A stretch of DNA of 21,112 bases from Candidatus Woesearchaeota archaeon (GTDB lineage: Archaea > Nanobdellota > Nanobdellia > Woesearchaeales > GW2011-AR15). The notes beneath the pieces were generated by a model that ran no database searches, was not told the DNA's origin, and was given only the letters and a program-made list of their open reading frames with translations. Shown here piece by piece: positions 17,890-21,112 of the stretch (positions within the stretch are counted from its first letter, which is position 1; every line of letters starts with the position of its first letter). Made by a program: the position numbers and the translations under genes. Where the stretch lies: contig JAVZBY010000013.1 of assembly GCA_038874655.1 (NCBI GenBank), positions 1-21,112 of the forward strand. The letters are read 5' to 3'.

Positions 17890-19203
17890 TTACCTATTAT
17901 TTTTTATCAAACACTTAAATGCAATTCTTTTTCCATTTGGCTCTGCAGGATATTTATCCATATAATTAATATTTACTTTTTTACATCCTAATTCTTCTTT
18001 TAATATTTCTGCTGTTCTTTTGACTGCTTCTTCTTTTGTAAATTTATCCTTCACAACATTTAAATCAACTTCTTCATATGATTTTTGAACAACTTGAAAC
18101 TCATTAATCTCTAAATTTTCATCTTCAACTCTTTGTTTTATTAACCCACCACTAACCTTATTTCCATTTTTATCTAACAATATTTCATAAATCCTTCCAA
18201 CAACTAAACTAAAATGTCCAAAAGGAGATTTGTCTTTTTTATCTGTTTTTTCAATAATTCCAACATCACCAACTTTATATCTCAACAAAGGCATTCCATA
18301 ACATTCCAAAGGTGTTAATAAAATCTCATTATGCTTATTTAATTCTAAAATTACAAAATCATCACTAACATGCATTATTCCATTATCATCTTCAATTGCA
18401 ACAGAATTAACTTCACTACAACCATATTGATCATAAACTTTACAATTAAACACACTTTCAATAAAATCTCTATGTTCCAATCTTTCAGATGTGGTAATTA
18501 TCTTTTTTAATTGATGTATTTTTATATTTCTATTTTTTATACATTTTGCTATATCATAAATAATTCCAGCATAGCCATACATATAATCAGGTTTAAATCT
18601 GTTAAAATCTTTTTTCAACCATCTTTCAATATCATCATCTGTGTATCTAAAAGTATTAAACATAATTCTTCTATTAATTTTAAAAGAAAGCCATTCAAAA
18701 AATTTTTTTTTTAAAGGTAAATCTTGGCTTGTATTACCCCAAACCCATGCTGATTTCATTCCTGGAGTAATTCCTACTGAGTAAAGATCCCTTAACCAAA
18801 CAGCTGCACATCTCTCATAATATTCTTTATCCTTGTAAATAGTTACTTTATTTCCAGTTGAACCTCCTGAAAATTGTTTTATTAGTTTATATTTTTTCTT
18901 ACTTAATAATCTTTTATAATCCTCTAAAACAGTCTTTTTTTCTAACTCAGGAATCTTCTTTAAATCATTAAGAGAATTAATATCTGGTTTAATTTTATGT
19001 TTATCAAACAATTCTTTATAATAATCTGTTGTTTCATATGCATGCTTAATCAATTTTCTTAACTTATTTAATTGAAGTTCTTTTATTTCTTCCTTTGTCT
19101 TGCTTAAATTAGAAACATATTCTTTATAATATGTAAATCTTTTATCTCCTTTTATATAATAACTTAAAGCAATTAATTTTTCATAAAATTTGTCATTAAA
19201 CAT
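17890..19203 (-). CDS. Phenylacetate-CoA ligase-like/CapK-family adenylate-forming enzyme
   Basis: SGGSTG, YDQYGCSE, MPLLRYKVGD, GR and NGKR ANL motifs; SD AGGTGG at 19213-19208. Confidence 0.88.
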   Translation of the reverse strand: MFNDKFYEKLIALSYYIKGDKRFTYYKEYVSNLSKTKEEIKELQLNKLRKLIKHAYETTDYYKELFDKHKIKPDINSLNDLKKIPELEKKTVLEDYKRLLSKKKYKLIKQFSGGSTGNKVTIYKDKEYYERCAAVWLRDLYSVGITPGMKSAWVWGNTSQDLPLKKKFFEWLSFKINRRIMFNTFRYTDDDIERWLKKDFNRFKPDYMYGYAGIIYDIAKCIKNRNIKIHQLKKIITTSERLEHRDFIESVFNCKVYDQYGCSEVNSVAIEDDNGIMHVSDDFVILELNKHNEILLTPLECYGMPLLRYKVGDVGIIEKTDKKDKSPFGHFSLVVGRIYEILLDKNGNKVSGGLIKQRVEDENLEINEFQVVQKSYEEVDLNVVKDKFTKEEAVKRTAEILKEELGCKKVNINYMDKYPAEPNGKRIAFKCLIKNNR

Positions 19204-19246
19204 TTTACCACCTTTTTTTATTTTTTCATTAATAATTTTTTATATT

Positions 19247-20566
19247 TTAGTTTTGATTTTTAATCTGATAAAATATATCTATTAATTTTTTAACATGAAT
19301 CTCTGGATTATAATTATTTTTTGCATCGTTATAAGCATTATTCCCCAATTTTTCTAATAATTTTTCATTTTCAAAAAGCATCAATGATTTATCATAAATT
19401 TCTGTAATATCTTTTGGTTTAACTAAAAAACCATTATAATTATCTTTAACAATTTCTTGCATTGAACCCAAATTTGAAACTAAGACTGGTTTTCTAAAAC
19501 TAAATGCTTCTAACACAACATTAGGCATATTTTCATACCATATATTTGGCATTATAAAAAAAGATGCATTATCATATAAATCAAAAAGCTCCTCCTGAGA
19601 TTTTTCACCTAAAAATTCAACATTTTTTATATTATTCTTTTGCACATAATCCAAAAGTTCTTTAATATAACCACTATGTGATTTTCCAACAATTTTCAAT
19701 TTATAATATTTATTTTTATAGGATTTATTTAATTTTTTTTCAATAAAATTTTTCTCTATTCTTTCAAATGCCTTTATAGCATAAATTATTCCTTTCTCTT
19801 CCTCTATTCTACCAACAAATAATGCATACTTTTCATTATTTTTAACATTTTTGTTTTTTCTAACTTTTTTTTTATTAATTTTTGAATCTGGTAAATTAAC
19901 AAAAGTCGGTAAATAAATTAATTCTGGTTTTTTAAACAAAAATTTTAATTTGTTCATTGTAAATTTACTCGGAAAAATAATTTTATTAACCTTTTCATAA
20001 ATCTTTGTCATTCTATAATACTTTATAGCCATTACCTTAATCAAACTTCCAAAAAAAGACCTTTTTACACATTTATATTTAACTGCATTCCACAAAGAGT
20101 TTGTGCATAACTCACAAACTTCTGTATTTCTCAAAAAATTATTACTAGGACAAGCTAAACTAAAATCAGAAATTCTCAATGCTATTGGAACTTTCATTTC
20201 ATAACAAGCATCAACCACACTTGGTGATAACTTATTTTGATGATGCAAAATATATGCAACATCTGGTTTTTTATCCTTAATTAATTTTTTTAATGCATTT
20301 TTAACCTCTAAAGAATAAAATTGTCTTTCTAAAATTTGATAAATTGTTTTAAGATTTTTATCATATTGCTCAAAATAAACTTTATCCTCTCCACCTATAC
20401 TTGAAACAAAATAATCTTCATATTCACTTTTTTTATTTTTGACATTTTTTGTAGAAAATACAATAACTTCATGACCCTTATTTTTTAGAATATCAATTAA
20501 CGAAAACATATATTTTTCTGGCCCAGCAGATAAAAAATATCTTGAATTTATTATCAATATTTTCAT
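19247..20566 (-). CDS. GT4 glycosyltransferase with a Cys-cluster insertion
   Basis: MKILIIN start (ATG at 20566), ACPS..CELC..KC, GRIEEEKG, WYENMPNVVLEA. Confidence 0.9.
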   Translation of the reverse strand: MKILIINSRYFLSAGPEKYMFSLIDILKNKGHEVIVFSTKNVKNKKSEYEDYFVSSIGGEDKVYFEQYDKNLKTIYQILERQFYSLEVKNALKKLIKDKKPDVAYILHHQNKLSPSVVDACYEMKVPIALRISDFSLACPSNNFLRNTEVCELCTNSLWNAVKYKCVKRSFFGSLIKVMAIKYYRMTKIYEKVNKIIFPSKFTMNKLKFLFKKPELIYLPTFVNLPDSKINKKKVRKNKNVKNNEKYALFVGRIEEEKGIIYAIKAFERIEKNFIEKKLNKSYKNKYYKLKIVGKSHSGYIKELLDYVQKNNIKNVEFLGEKSQEELFDLYDNASFFIMPNIWYENMPNVVLEAFSFRKPVLVSNLGSMQEIVKDNYNGFLVKPKDITEIYDKSLMLFENEKLLEKLGNNAYNDAKNNYNPEIHVKKLIDIFYQIKNQN

Positions 20567-20608
20567 TTTTATAATTTTCCAAAACTTGTAAGTCAATTTT
20601 AAAAAAAT

Positions 20609-21112
20609 TTAATCTTTAATTAAGCATTTATAACTAATTTTTTTTCCACTTTTTTCCAAAGGATAGTGTTTTAAATAATTAATCTTTATTTTATTAATTC
20701 CAAGAGAATCTTTAATTATTTTTTTAAATTCATATAGATCTTTTTTATTGATATTTTTTTCATCATTCACAATATTTAATAAAACTTCATCATAACTGTT
20801 TTGAACTAATTGAAATTCACCAATATTCAACTTTTTATCAGCTATTTGCCTATTTATAATTCCTGAGTAAACTTTTTTCCCATCCCTTGTTCTTAATATT
20901 TCAACACTTCTTCCTATCTGTATGTTAAAAACATTAAATGGGCTTTTTGATTCAACTTTTTTCTTCATAATTCCTATATCTCCATTTTTATATCTAATTA
21001 GAGGCATTCCATAGCTTTCTAAGGGCGTAAGAATTATTTCATTATTTCTATCAACTTCAACATAAACAAAATCATCACAAGTATGCATTACATAGTTTTC
21101 ATCTTCAATTGC
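20609..21112 (-). CDS. Second CapK/PaaK-like adenylating enzyme, C-terminal part; 5' end lies beyond the window
   Basis: Frame is open to the window edge: AIEDENYVMHTCDDF..LTPLESYGMPLIRYKNGD..GR..SGKK; aligns with the C-terminal half of 17890-19203. Confidence 0.88.
   Translation of the reverse strand, partial: AIEDENYVMHTCDDFVYVEVDRNNEIILTPLESYGMPLIRYKNGDIGIMKKKVESKSPFNVFNIQIGRSVEILRTRDGKKVYSGIINRQIADKKLNIGEFQLVQNSYDEVLLNIVNDEKNINKKDLYEFKKIIKDSLGINKIKINYLKHYPLEKSGKKISYKCLIKD

Noticed and set aside
2706-18714. Short shadow ORFs (2706-2891, 5596-6024, 6579-6866, 7393-7614, 7451-7678, 8367-8588, 9915-10127, 11374-11559, 14841-15140, 17809-17991, 18511-18714)
   Set aside because: Antisense to well-supported genes, with no recognisable motifs
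17890-19203. Phenylacetate catabolism (paaK)
   Set aside because: No other paa genes; the glycosyltransferase context points to a CapK-like role

Overview
Very AT-rich archaeal chromosome segment, most likely from a DPANN lineage such as Woesearchaeota. The assignment is an inference from the archaeal-type 23S rRNA, TFE, S19e/L39e/L31e, an intron-containing tRNA without encoded CCA, GGTGA-type SD sites and TATA boxes about 22 nt before leaderless starts. In order, the window holds: the 3' end of a 23S rRNA with no 5S after it; an RHH-fused sugar-1-phosphate nucleotidyltransferase with phosphomannomutase; a SAM methyltransferase; TFE; a 4-TM protein with an ArsB/NhaD/SLC13-type transporter; rps19e-rpl39e-rpl31e; a 4xCxxC zinc protein; a CPA2 antiporter; tRNA-Arg(UCG) with an intron and a duplicated 3' end; a DRG GTPase; an unannotated 56-aa membrane protein; and a bacterial-style surface-glycan locus. 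That locus has a WcaJ-like phosphoglycosyltransferase, an exosortase/archaeosortase, two GT4s, two ATP-grasp ligases and two CapK/PaaK-like adenylating enzymes, and it runs off the window end. Four observations stand out. (1) An identical palindrome, TAATATAC-N6-GTATATTA, lies upstream of both ion-transporter loci, which also appear to share a 4-TM module. (2) A 158-bp unit with three hairpins duplicates the tRNA 3' end from the T-loop. (3) The RHH-nucleotidyltransferase fusion has 10-bp-phased repeats at its own promoter. (4) An exosortase is linked to a putative glycan acylation/amidation locus.
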